Of a DNA stretch of 64,000 nt, positions 37,906-50,349 are shown in pieces; positions within the stretch are counted from its first letter, which is position 1; every line of letters begins with the position of its first letter. This DNA comes from Mobula birostris (lineage: Eukaryota). The stretch spans positions 98,045,604 to 98,109,603 of the forward strand of contig NC_092383.1 of the NCBI RefSeq assembly GCF_030028105.1, given 5' to 3'. The translations under genes were made by a program, and so were the position numbers. Under the pieces are notes generated by a model, which was not told the origin of the DNA, made no database searches, and saw only the letters and a program-made list of their open reading frames with translations.

Positions 37906-38940
37906 AAACATAGAAAACTTACAGCACAATACAGGCCCTTCGGCCCACAATGCTGGGCCGAACATATTCTTACTTTAGAAATTACTTAGGGTTACCCATA
38001 GCCCTCTATTTTTCTAAGCTGCATGTACCTATCCAGGTGTCTCTTAAAAGACCCTATCGTATCCGCATCCATCACCATCGCTGGCAGCCCATTCCATGCA
38101 CTCACCACCTTCTGCCTAAAATCTTGCCCCTGACATCTCCTGTGTATCTACTTCCAAGCACCTTAAAGCTGTGACCTCTCGTGTTAGCCATTTCAACCCT
38201 GGGAAAAAGCCTCTGACTATCCACAAGATCAATGCCTCTCATCATCTTATACATCTCTATCAGGTCAACCCTCATCCTCCGTCGCTCCAAGGATAAAAGG
38301 CCAAGTTCACTCAACCTATTCTCATAAGGCATGTTACCCAATGCAAGCAACGCCCTTTCTATAGTTTCCACATCCTTCCTGTAGTGAGGTGACCAGAACT
38401 GAGCACAGTACTCCAAGTGGGGTCAGACCAGGGTCCCATATAGCGGCAACATCACCTCTTGGCTCTTGAACTCAATCCCACAGTTGATGAAGGCCAATGC
38501 ACCGTATGCCTTCTTAACCACAGTCAACCTGCACAGCAGCTTTGAGTGCTCTATGGACTCGGACCCCAAGATCCCTCTGATTCTCCACACTGCCAAGAGT
38601 CTTACCATTAATACTATATTCTGCCATCATATTTCACCTAAAAAAATGAACCACCTCACACTTGGTTGAACTCCAACTGCCACTTCTCAACCCAGTTTTG
38701 CATGCAACCTACGTCCCTCTGTAACCTCTGACAGCCCTCCACAATATCCACAACACCTCCAACATTTGTGTCATCAGCAAAATTACTAACCCATCCCTCC
38801 ACTTCCTCATCCAGGTTATTTATAAAAATCACGAAGAGAAGTGGTCCAAAAACAGACCCCTGAGGCACACCACTAGTCACCGACCTCCATGCAGAATATG
38901 ACCCGTCTACAACCACCATGCAGAATATGACCATTCTGCA
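37905..38940 (-). mobile_element. 5'-truncated CR1 (RT C-terminus plus tail)
   Basis: SGVPQGSVFGPLLF, NFADDT and EYCAQFWSPHY motifs. aaacatagaaa tail at ~37905. Confidence 0.9.
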
Positions 38941-38999
38941 ACCAGGTTCTGGAGTGGTCTAGTTCTGTCCTTAATCTTTCCAAATATCCACTTTTGATC

Positions 39000-40740
39000 A
39001 CCTCTGTAGTTTATGCCCATCTAGTCTATACCAAAAACATTTAAACATCGACCTGCACGGGGACCCTAGTCCTCCACACCCCTACCATCCATGTACCTAA
39101 TCCAAAATTCTCATAGACATTCAAGGGGAGGAGAAGATGGCGGCGCGACGCAGCTTGCAGCGGCCACTTCGGTGAATTATATCTGTTATTTGTCAAGTAG
39201 GGTGCTGTGCACAATCCTGATTTGATGGAGACGGACGTGAGAGCACAGAGGAACATCTGGTGAAACTTCTGAAATGCCTGCTTCGCTGCTGCTGCTACTG
39301 TGTGATCCATGTGTCGATGACTAACTGTTCTGGAGTTGCAGTCATAGAATCACAGGGTCATGCAGAAGTACAGCACAGGAACAAGCCCTTCAGCCCATCC
39401 AGTCCATGCCAAAAACATTTAAACATCTACCTGCACTGGGACCCTAGCTCTCCATACCCCTACCATCCATGCACCTATCCAAACTTCTCATAGATATTCA
39501 AATTGAGCTCACATGCACCCCTCATTCCGGCAGCTCATTCCACACACTCATCACCCTCCATGTGAAGAGGTTTTCCCTCATGTTCCCTGTAAACTTTTCA
39601 CCTTTCACCTTTAACCCATCACCTCTGGCTGTAGTCCCACCCAATCTCAGTGGGACAAGCCTGCTTGCGTTAACCCTATCTCTACCCCTCAGAATTTTGT
39701 ATATAAGATGATGAGAGGCATTGATTGTGTGATAGCCAGAGACTTTTCCCCAAGTTTGAAATGGCTAGCACAAGGAGGCATAGTCTTAAGGTGCTTGGAA
39801 GTAGGTACAAAGGGGATGTCAGAGTAAGTTTTTCCACGCAGAGTGTAATACACTGCCAGTGAAGGTGGTAGAGGTGGATACAACAGAGTTTTTTGAGAGA
39901 TTCTTAGATTGGTACATGGAGCTTAGAGAAATATAGGGCAATGCCGTAAGGAAATTCAAGACTGTTTCTAGAGTAGGTTGCATGGTGGGCGTAACATTGT
40001 GTGCCGAAGGGCCTGTAGTGTGCTGTAGATTTCTGTGTTCTATGTTCTATGCCCTTTGTTCTCTCGCAAATCTCTTCTCAATCTTCTATGTTCTGAGAAC
40101 CTATTCAATCTTTCCTTATAAGTCAGGTACTACAGATCCGGCGACATCCTTGTAAATTTTCTCTGCACTCTTTCATACTTACTAAAATCTTTCCTATAGA
40201 TAGGTGACCAAAACTGCAAATAATACTCCAAATTAGGCCTCACCACTGTCTTATACAATTTCAACGTAACATCCCATATCCTGCACTCAATACTTTGATT
40301 TATGAAGGTCAATGTGCCAAAAGCTGTGATGCCGCTTTCAATGAATTATGGGGCTTTGTTCCACCACACTCCTCAGTGGGCTACAATAGTCCTTTAAGAG
40401 GTTCTTAGATGGGTACATAGAGCTTAAAAAATAGACATGACCTACCATGCAGAAAGCCATACCAACTATCCGTAATCAGTCCTTGTCTATCCAAGTACTT
40501 ACATAACCAGTCCCTCAGAATACCTTCCAATAACTTTCCCACATCTGATGTCAGACTCACTGGCCTATAATTTCCTGGTATATGTTCAGTGCCTTTCTTA
40601 AACAGTGGAACAACACTGGCTATCCTCCTGTCCTCTGGTACCTCTCCTGTCACTAACCATGTTTTAGATACCTCTGCTAGGGCACCGGCAATTTCTGCAC
40701 TTGCCTCCTGTCGAGCCCAAGCAAACACTTTGTCAGTCTT
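39000..40740. mobile_element. Mosaic of short CR1 fragments in both orientations plus an unclassified repeat (39125-39330)
   Basis: CR1 3'-end and RT pieces (ORFs 40130-40312 and 40405-40758). An ~85-bp duplication at 39040 and 39415. Confidence 0.65.
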
Positions 40741-41272
40741 TGTGAAGAGGCTTCTCAATAGACCAACAGTGTAGAGTCTGCAGTGGAGGCTATCAGGAAC
40801 ACTTCAAGTCACATTGTAGCTGCATTCACCACTACCAAGAAATTTGTGCCCATGAATGATCTGGCAAAAGCCACATGAATCCACTGTTAGGGCAATGCAG
40901 GCCATTCCCAAGGATGCTGGTGTGCAGCTCTTGGCATCTTCTGGATATGTTGGCATCCTGTACAGTCCATGGTTACTTGCTCAATCTGCTAATGTATCCT
41001 AGACCACCAGACAAAGATTCAAGCCAATGCTTTCATTTTCACCACACCTAGATGACTGGCATGTATCTCCTCCAACACTTTAGCTCTCAGCTTTGATAGT
41101 ACAACAGCTCTCAATCCTCAATGGTAACCTCTGCTCTACAGTACACGACCAGGTAGTGTCAGAGAGCAGGATAGATCGAGACTGAAGGTCCTCTACTCTG
41201 TCCTGTCACTCACTCCTGGGACAGGGTAACCACCCTCCTCTCTAAATCCCAACTTCTTCCTCTGATGCTCAC

Positions 41273-41560
41273 CAAATGTGTGCAGTTTGCAGATCTCCCA
41301 CAACCGAATCTGCGCTGTGCCCACACTGACGGGATTCTTGGCTTCACACCTGTACACAAGGTCCATGCTCTCTGGTGTGTGATAAATCTCCAATGTCTCT
41401 CCAATTCCCCAGAGGTTATGGGTTCTGTCGGTCACCACAGCTTCTTCGCCCCTCCACCATCTGAAGCTGGTGTTGTCACCTGAAGTCACCGAGCAGGTCA
41501 GGATGAAGTTACAGACTCCAGTATTATTTTGAACTTTGATGTTTGTTCCTGACACCGGCT
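41273..41560 (-). CDS. CD2/SLAM-family receptor, Ig C2-set exon
   Basis: 288-bp phase 1-1 exon (..ccgtcacag| and |gtgagc). Encodes EPVSGTNIKVQNNTGVCNFILTCSV..FRWWR..YRCEAKNPVS..EIC, with the four-Cys CD2/SLAM C2 pattern and the NPVS hallmark. Confidence 0.93.
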
Positions 41561-41974
41561 CTGTGACGGAGAGTTGAAAGACGAGTAAAGGAGATCTTCG
41601 TGGACCCCTTGAGGATCAAAGTAAACTCTAAACTGATCCCCGCTCATTTCCACCCACCAGTTTAACTTTCCCTTCACCCTTCAGTTCCTGCTGGAGAAAA
41701 TTCCCACATGTGTCCTGCTCATATACTGCTTTTGACACTTTACGACTGACTCAAACAAGAAATTAAATATAAATAACCTCGAAGTTAACCTTAAATGAAT
41801 TCTGACTGCCAAACCCCTTTGCACCTCCAATATCTGAATTCTCTTCCCAAGCAGAATTACTAAATCATTGTGTAATGCTGAAAAAGGGTAATTTCACAGG
41901 TTCATCTGTCCCTCAACCTATCTTGGTTTTGGCTACAAATTTGGTGACAACGCCATCTTTTAAATACCATTGTA

Positions 41975-42210
41975 TTTCAGGGAACACAAGGAGAAGATTC
42001 TTCACGTAGAGGGTGGTGAGAGTATGGAATGAGCTGCCAGCACAAGTGGTGGATGCAATTTTGATTTGAATTTTTAAGAGAAATTTGGATAGGTACATGG
42101 ATAGGAGGGGTGTGGAGGGCTATAGCCTGGGTACAGATCAATGGGACCAGGCTGCTTTGTCATGGACTAGATGGGCTGAAGGTCTTCTTTCTGTGCTGTA
42201 GTGTTCTATG
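41975..42210 (+). mobile_element. CR1 3' fragment
   Basis: ttcttcacgtagagggtggtgagagtatggaat segment through the hairpin and ttctatg tail. Confidence 0.75.
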
Positions 42211-42439
42211 GCTCCATGACTCTATTTCCTTCATCCATTTCATTCTAAAGTGAAATATCTTCATGCCTAAAGTGAAAATTTGTCACAACACTGAACTCTG
42301 AGGCACTCCACTCAAAACTGACAGCCTTCCTGAAAAGGGCCCCATTTGTCCCCACTCACACACCCCTGCCAGTCAGCCAATCTTCTATCCATGCTGGTAC
42401 CTTGCCTCTAACACCAAGTTCTCTGATGTATAAACACAA

Positions 42440-43045
42440 GAAATTCTGTGGATACTGGAAATCCAAAGCAACATACACAAAATCTGGTGGAACTCAGCAG
42501 GTCTGGCAGCAGCTATGAAAATAAATAAATATTGCCCTGATTCAGGTGGAACAGTGAGTCACGGGGCACAACTACTTCTTGGGAGACTCAAGACTGCAGA
42601 TGCTCCAATGTGTAGTCACACCAGCAGCTGTAGATCAGATAGTATCAACTGAGAGAAATTGACAGACAGTGGTACATATTTGCTGGAAGAGCAATAGAGA
42701 AATTACGCTTGCAGAGGGCTCGGTGCAATGAGAGGGTGACGCAGGTTAGCCGGGTGGAATCACCAGAGAGATGACGGATGCTGAAAACCTGGCACGACAC
42801 ACAAAATGCTGCAACAACTCAATGGGTCGGGCAGCATCTATGGAGGGAAATGGAACATGGACGTTTCGGCTCAAGACCCTTCATCAGACTGGTCAACCAG
42901 ATAAGCCAAAGCCAATGGAATGAAAACACAAACAAGAGAGAATCTGCAGATGCTGGAAATCTGAGCAACACACACAAAATGCTGGAGGAACCCAGCAGGC
43001 CAGGCAGCATCTGTGGAAATGAGTAAACAGTCGATGTTTCAGGCT
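42440..43045 (-). mobile_element. Several short Penelope terminal fragments, one with a hammerhead core (42857-42890)
   Basis: Repeated atgctgga..aactcagcagg module. RC agtCTGATGAagggtcttgagccGAAACGTC has a broken stem I. Confidence 0.6.
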
Positions 43046-43816
43046 GATAGAACTATTGTTGGTAGAATCTCAGATGGTGACGAGAGGACGTACAGGAGCG
43101 AGATATGCCAACCAGTGGAGTGGTTCCACAGCAACAACCTGGCACTCAGTGTCAGTAAGACGAAAGAGCTGATTGTGGACTTCAAGAAGGGTAAGATGAA
43201 GGACCACATACCAATCCTCATAGAGGGATCAGAAGTGGAGAGAGTGAGCAGCTTCAAGTTCCTGGGTGTCAAGATCTCTGAGGATCTAACCTGGTCCCAA
43301 CATATCGATGTAGTTACGTTTGTATAAAGAAGGCAAATCAGCGGCCATACTTTATTAGGAGTTTGAAGAGATTTGGCATGTCAACAAATACACTCAAAAA
43401 CTTCTATAGTTGAACCGTGGAGAGCATTCTGACAGGCTGCATCACTGTCTGGTATGGAGGGGCTACTGCACAGGACCAAAAGAAGCTGCAGAAGGTTGTA
43501 AATCTAGTCAGCTCCATCTTGGGTAATCACCTACAAAGTACCCAGGACATCCTCAAGAAGCGGTGGCTCAGAAAGGCAGTGTCCATTATTAAGGACCTCC
43601 AGCACCCAGGGCATGCCCTTTTCTCACTGTTACCATCAGGAAGGAGGTACAGAAGCCTGAAGGCACACACTCAGTGATTCAGGAACAGCTTCTTCCCCTC
43701 TGCCATCCGATTCCGAAATGGACATTGAAGCTTTGGACACTACCTCACTTTTTTTTAATATGCAGTATTTCTGTTGTTGCACATTTTTTAATCTATTCAA
43801 TATACATAATAGATTT
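43045..43816 (+). mobile_element. Rex1/Babar-like LINE RT C-terminus; its tail resumes at 47160-47277
   Basis: [35 protein letters not shown] and LLPSGRRYRS motifs. Confidence 0.85.
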
Positions 43817-43868
43817 CAAAGTTGCTGGTGAATGCAGCAGGCCAGGCAGCATCTCTAGGAAGAGGTAC

Positions 43869-43904
43869 AGTCGACGTTTCAGGCCGAGACCCTTCGTCAG
43901 GACT
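43869..43904 (-). ncRNA. Penelope-associated minimal type-I hammerhead ribozyme, intact core
   Basis: RC: agtc CTGACGA agggtctcggcct GAAAC GTC gact. Stem I agtc/gact, short stem II, palindromic ACGU helix III, GUC cleavage triplet. Confidence 0.75.
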
Positions 43905-45059
43905 AACTGAAGGAAGAGTGAGTAAGAGATTTGAAAGTGGGAGGGGGAGGGGGAGATCCAAAATGATAGGAGAAGACAGGAGGGGGAGGGATGGAGCCAA
44001 CAGCTGGACAGGTGATAGGCAAAAGGGATATGAGAGGATCATGGGACAGGAGGCCCAGGGAGAAAGATGGGGGGGGAGGGGAAACCCAGAGGTTGGGCAA
44101 GGGGTATATTCAGAGGGACAGAGGGAGAAAAAGGAGAATGAGAGAAAGAATGTGTGTATAAAAATAAGTAACAGATGGGGTACGAGGGGGAGGTGGGGCA
44201 TTAGCGGAAGTTAGAGAAGTCGATGTTCATGCCATCAGGTTGGAGGCTACCCAGACGGAATATAAGGTGTTGTTCCTCCAACCTGAGTGTGGCCTCATCT
44301 TTACAGTAGAGGAGGCCGTGGATAGACATGTCAGAATGGGAATGGGATGTGGAATTAAAATGTGTGGCCACTGGGAGATCCTGCTCTCTCTGGCAGACAG
44401 AGCGTAGGTGTTCAGCAAAGCGGTCTCCCAGTCTGCGTCGGGTCTCGCCAATATGTAAGGGGCCACATCGGGAGCACCGGACGCAGTATATCACCCCAGC
44501 CAACTCACAGGTGAAGTGTCGCCTCACCTGGAAGGACTGTTTGGGGCCCTGAATGGTGGTAAGGGAGAAAGTGTAAGGGCATGTGTAACACTTGTTCCAC
44601 TTACACGGATAAGTGCCAGGAGGGAGATCAGTGGGGAGGGATGGGTGGTCGAATGAACAAGGGAGTTGTGTAGGGAGCGATCCCTGTGGAATGCAGGGGG
44701 GGGAGGGAAAGATGTGCTTAGTGGTGGGATCCCGTTGGAGGTGGCTGAAGTTACGGAGAATAATAAGTTGGTCCCGGAGGCTGGTGGGGTGGTAGGTGAG
44801 GACCAGGGGAACCCTATTCCTAGTGGGGTGGCGGGAGGATGGAGTGAGAGCAGATGTACGTGAAATGGGGGAGATGCGTTTAAGAGCAGAGTTGATAGTG
44901 GAGGAAGGGAAGCCCCTTTCTTTAAAAAAGGAAGACATTTCCCTCGTCCTAGAATGAAAAGCCTCATCCTGAGAGCAGATGCGGCGGAGACGGAGGAATT
45001 GCGAGAAGGGGATGGTGTTTTTGCAAGAGACAGGGTGAGAAGAGGAATGGGGGCCGGCG

Positions 45060-45370
45060 CTTTATTTTCACCATGGATGTCCCGTCCCTGGCCTCCACCG
45101 CTTTATTTTCACCATGGATGTCCCATCCCTAGCTCCCACCGCTTTATTTTCACCATGGATGTCCAGTCCCTGGCCCCCACCACTTTATTTTCACCATGGA
45201 TGTCCCATCCCTGGCCCCCACAGCTTTATTTTCACCATGGATGTCCAGTCCCTGGCCCCCACCACTTTATTTTCACCATGGATGTCCCATCCCTGGCCCC
45301 CACAGCTTTATTTTCACCATGGATGTCCAGTCCCTGGCCCCCACCGCTTTAGTTTCACCATGGATGTCCA
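45060..45370 (+). repeat. 41-bp x8 minisatellite derived from the Penelope RT motif
   Basis: ATGGATGTCC recurs every 41 bp from 45073 to 45360. The last copy runs into the genuine FTMDVQSLYTSIP coding sequence. Confidence 0.92.
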
Positions 45371-47012
45371 GTCCCTATATACTTCCATCCCCCTCAGGAA
45401 GGTCTCAAAGCTCTCCGCTTCTTTTTGGATTCCAGACGTAATCAGTTCCCCTCTACCACCACTCTGCTCCGTCTAGCGGAATTAGTCCTTACTCTTAATA
45501 ATTTCTCCTTTGGCTCCTCCCACTTCCTCCAAACTAAAGGTGTAGCTATGGGCACCCGTATGGGTCCTAGCTATGCCTGCCTTTTTGTTGGTTTTGTGGA
45601 ACAATCTATGTTCCGTGCCTATTCTGTTATCTGTCCCCCACTTTTCCTTCGCTACATCGATGACTGCATTGGCGCTGCTTCCTGCACACATGCAGAGCTC
45701 GTTGACTTTATTAACTTTGCCTCCAACTTTCACCCTGCCCTCAAGTTTACCTGGTCCATTTCCGACACCTCCCTCTCCTTTCTAGATCTTTCTGTCTCTG
45801 TCTCTGGAGACAGCTTATCCACTGAAGTCTACTAAAAGCCTACTGACTCTCACAGCTATCTGGATTATTCTTCTTCTCACCCTGTCTCTTGCAAAAACAC
45901 CATCCCCTTCTCGCCATTCCTCCGTCTCCGCCGCATCTGCTCTCAGGATGAGGCTTTTCATTCTAGGACGAGGGAGATGTCCTCCTTTTTTAAAGAAAGG
46001 GGCTTCCCTTCCTCCACTATCAACTCTGCTCTTAAACGCATCTCCTCCATTTCACGTACATCTGCTCTCACTCCATCCTCCCGCCACCCCACTAGGAATA
46101 GGGTTCCCCTGGTCCTCACCTACCACCCCACCAGCCTCCGGGTCCAATATATAATTCTCCGTAACTTCCGCCACCTCCAACGGGATCCCACCACTAAACG
46201 CATCTTCCCCTCCCCACCTCTCTCTGCTTTCCGCAGGGATCGCTCCCTACGCGACTCCCTTGTTCATTCGTCCCCCCCATCCCTCCCCACTGATCTCCCT
46301 CCTGGCACTTATCCGTGTAAGCAGAACAAGTGCTACACATGCCCTTACACTTCCTCCCGTACCACCATTCAGGGCCCCAAGCAGTCCTTCCAGGTGAGGC
46401 GACACTTCACCTGTGAGTTGGCTGGGGTGATATACTGCGTCCGGTGCTCCCGATGTGGCCTCTTACATATTGACGAGACCCGACGCAGACTGGGAGACCG
46501 CTTTGCTGAACACCTACGCTCTGTCTGCCAGAGAAAGCAGGATCTCCCAGTGGCCACACATTTTAATTCCACATCCCATTCCCATTCTGACATGTCTATC
46601 CACAGCCTCCTCTACTGTAAAGATGAAGCCACACTCAGGTTGGAGGAACAACACCTTATATTCCGTCTGGGTAGCCTCCAACCTGATGGCATGAACATCG
46701 ACTTCTCTAACTTCCGCTAATGCCCCACCTCCCCCTCGTACCCCATCTGTTACTTATTTTTATACACACATTCTTTCTCTCACTCTCCATTTTCTCCCTC
46801 TGTCCCTCTGAATATACCCCTTGCCCATCCTCTGGGTCCCCCCCCCCCATCTTTCTTCCCGGACCTCCTGTCCCATGATCCTCTCGTATCCCTTTTGCCT
46901 ATCACCTGTCCAGCTCTTGGCTCCATCCCTCCCCCTCCTGTCTTCTCCTATCATTTTGGGTCTCCCCCTCCCTCTCCCACTTTCAAATCTCTTACTCACT
47001 CTTCCTTCAGTT

Positions 47013-47048
47013 AGTCCTGACGAAGGGTCTCGGTCTGAAACGTCGACT
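47013..47048 (+). ncRNA. Penelope-associated minimal hammerhead ribozyme, intact core
   Basis: agtc CTGACGA agggtctcggtct GAAAC GTC gact. Confidence 0.75.
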
Positions 47049-47479
47049 GTACCTCTTCCTAGAGATGCTGCCTGGCCTGCTGCGTTCACCAGCAACTTTT
47101 ATGTGTGTTGCTTAAATTTACAGCATCTGCAGAATTCCTGTTGTTTACGTAATAGATTTACTTGTTTTATTATTATTTTTGTCTCTCTGCTAGATTATGT
47201 ATTACATTGAACTGCTGCTGCTAAGTTAACAAATTTCACGTCACATGCTGGTGATAATAAACCTGATTCTGATTCTGATCAGGACTGGAAAAAAGATGAG
47301 AAGTTGGAGCAGGGAGGTGGGTGAGGGGAGAAAGAAGTAGAAGGATGCTGTTCGGCTCCAGGTTCTTGATTTAAGACTGTTTCTTAAGAACATACAGAGT
47401 GAATTGTCCCGCTGTATCAGGGATTTTTAATGCACATGTCACCTTTAAAACTTCATGCAATGCATATCAATTTAACGAC

Positions 47480-48010
47480 ATCAATGGAAAAGAGTACAGT
47501 CGATGTTTCAGGCCAAGACCCTTCTGTAGGACTGGAGAAAAGAAATGAGGAATACATTCAAAAGGTGGGGAGGGAGAGAGAAACACAAGGTGATAGGTGA
47601 AACCGGGAGGGGGAGGAGTGAAGTAAAGAGCTGGGAAGTTGATTGGTGAAAGAGATACAGGGCTGGAGAAGGGGGAGTCTGATAGGTGGGGATAGAAGGC
47701 CATGGAAGAAAGAAAATAGAAACATGGAAAACATAGAAAATAGATGCAGGAGTAGGCCATTCGGCCCTTTGAGCTTGCACCGCTATTCAGTATGATCATG
47801 GCTGATCATCCAACTCATCCAAATGGGGGAGGAACACCAGAGGGAGGCGATGGACAGGCAAGGAGGCAAGGTGAGAGAAGGAAAAGCAGATGGGGACCAG
47901 TGAAGGAGAGGGCAACTTCCATTACCGGAAGTTTGAGAAATCAGAAATCCCTTTCTCTCAATTTCTCCATCTCCTCCATCTCTATCACATCTGCTCTCAG
48001 AATGAGGCTT
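47480..48010 (-). mobile_element. Penelope terminal fragments with an embedded CR1 tail (47715-47820)
   Basis: Degenerate hammerhead at ~47495-47530. The CR1 tail matches the type at 20340-20432. Confidence 0.65.
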
Positions 48011-48012
48011 TT

Positions 48013-48905
48013 CCAAGTCAAGTCGCTTTTATTGTCATTTTGTCCGTAAACTGCTGGTACAGTATACAGTAAAAACGAAACAACGTTCCTCCAGGACCAT
48101 GGTGCTACATGAAACAACACAGAACTACAGCAGACTGAGTGAGACAACATAAGACTACACTAGACTATGTAAAACAACACAAAATCTACACTAGACTACA
48201 GACCTACACAGGACTACATAAAGTGCACAGAACAGTGCAGGGCAGTACAGTAAATAATAAACAAGACAAGAGGCACAGTAGAGGAAAAATTACAATATAA
48301 TAATAAATGATGTAGATGTCAGTGTAGACTCTGGGTAATAATGAGTCTGATGGCTTGGGGGAAGAAACTGTTGCACAGTCTGGTCATGAGAGCCCGAATG
48401 CTTCGGTACCTTTTGCCAGATGGCAGGAGGGGGAAGAGTTTGTGTGAGGGGTGCGTGGGGTCCTTCACAATGCTGTTGGCTTTACAGGTGCAGCATGTGG
48501 TGTAAATGTCTGTGATGGCGGGAAGAGAGACCCTGATGATCTCAGCTGACCTCACTATCTGCTGCAGGGTCTTGCGATCCGAGACGGTGCAATTCCCAAA
48601 CCAGGCAGTGATGTAGCTGCTCAGGATGCTATGGATACAACCTCTGTAGAATGTGGTGAGGATGGGGGGTGGGAGATGGACTTTTCTCAGCCTTCGCAGG
48701 AAGTAGAGACGCTGCTGGGCTTTCTTGGCTATGGAGCTGGTGTTCAGGGACCAGGTGAGATTCTCTGCCAGGTGAACACCAAGAAATTTGTTGCTCTTAA
48801 CGATCTCAATGGAGGAGCCGTCAATGTTCAGCGGACAGTGGTTGCTCGGTGCACTCTTGAAGTCAACAACTATCTTTTTTGTTTTGTTCACATTCAGAGA
48901 CAGGT
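48013..48905 (-). mobile_element. Rex1/Babar-like LINE 3' part
   Basis: ORF 48319-48891: [32 protein letters not shown]. (caagt)n tail at 48013. Confidence 0.85.
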
Positions 48906-50345
48906 TCTAGAATGAAGGAGGTGTCCTCCTTTTTCAAAGAAAGGGGCTTCCCTTCTTCCACCATCAACACTGCCCTCAATCACATCCCTTCCATTTCACA
49001 CACGTCTGCTCTTAAACCATCTTCCTGCCACCCTGTCAGGGACAGGGGTCCTCTTGTCCTTACCTACCACCCCACAAGCCTCCGTGTCCAGCATATAATT
49101 CTCCAGATCTTCCGCCAACTCCAATGAGATCCCACCACCAAGCCTCCCCCCCACTTTCTGCTTTCTGCGGGGATCACTCCCTACACGACTTCCTTGTCCA
49201 TTCGTCCTTCCCCACTGATCTCCCTCCTGGCACTTATCCTTGCAAACAGAACAAGTGCTACATCTGCCCCTACACCTCCTCCCTCACTACCATTCAGGGC
49301 TCCAAACAGTCCTTCCAGGTGAAGTGACACTTCACCTGTGAGATCGTTGGGGTCATATAGTCATAGTCATACTTTATTGATCCCGGGGTAAATTGGTTTT
49401 CATTACAGTTGCACCATAAATAATAAATAGTAATAGAATCATAAATAGTTAAATAGTGATATGAAAAATTGTGAAATAAGTCCAGGACCAGCCTATCGGC
49501 ACAGGGTGTCTGACCCTCCAAGGGAGGAGTTGTGAAGTTTGATGGCCACAGGCAGGAATGACTTCCTATGGCGCTCTGTGCTGCATCTCGGTGGAATGAG
49601 TCTCTGGCTGAATGTATTCCTGTGCCCAACCAGTACATTATGTGGTGGATAGGAGACATTGTCCAATGACATATATTGTGTCCAGTGCTCCTGGTGTGGC
49701 CTCCTGTATATCAGCAAGTCCCGATGTAGATTGGGAGACTGCTTCGTCAAGCACCTATGCTCCATCCACCAGAAAAAGCAACTTCTCCCAGTGGCCATCC
49801 ATTTTAATTCCACCTCCCATTCCGCTCCAATATGTCTATCCATGGCCTCCTCTACTGTATTAATGAGGCCACACTCAGGTTGGAGGAACGACACCTTATA
49901 TTCTGTCTGGATAGCCTCCAATCTGATGGCATGAAATTCGATTTCCCAAACTTCCAGTAATGACCCCTCCCGTTTTCCCACTCTCACCCTATCTCCTTCC
50001 CTGCACATCTCCTCCCCCTGGTGCTCCTCCCCACTTTTCTTTTTCCATGGCCATCATTCTCTTCTGTCAGACTTCCCCCCCTTCTCCAGCCCTGTATCTC
50101 ATCCACCGATCAGCTTCCCAGCTCTTCACTTCACCTCACCCCCCCATCCCCCCGTCCCGATTTCACGTAGCACCTTGTGTTCCTCTGTCCCCTCCCCCCA
50201 CCTTTTAACTCTACTCTTCAGCTTTTACTTTCCAGTCCTGCTGAAGTGTTTCGGCCCAAAACGTCAACTGTATTTATTCCATTGATGTTGCCTGGCCAGC
50301 ATTTTGTGTGTGTTGCTTGGATTTCCAGCATCTGCAGATTTTCTC
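48905..50345 (+). mobile_element. Older Penelope 3' part interrupted by a Rex-like tail (49350-49660, minus strand)
   Basis: SSFFKERGFPSS, PLVLTYHP and IYCVQC motifs. Degenerate hammerhead at ~50235-50270. Confidence 0.8.
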
Positions 50346-50349
50346 TCGT

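Larger units (their letters stand above)
43817..47145. mobile_element. Young Penelope-like element with an inverted 5' duplication and a 14-bp TSD
   Basis: 43818-45048 is the reverse complement of 45867-47100. The + copy encodes RT (FTMDVQSLYTSIP, GVAMGT, RYIDD) and GIY-YIG (GVIYCVRC..HIDET). TSD tac(a/g)taatagattt at 43803-43816 and 47146-47159. Confidence 0.92.
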
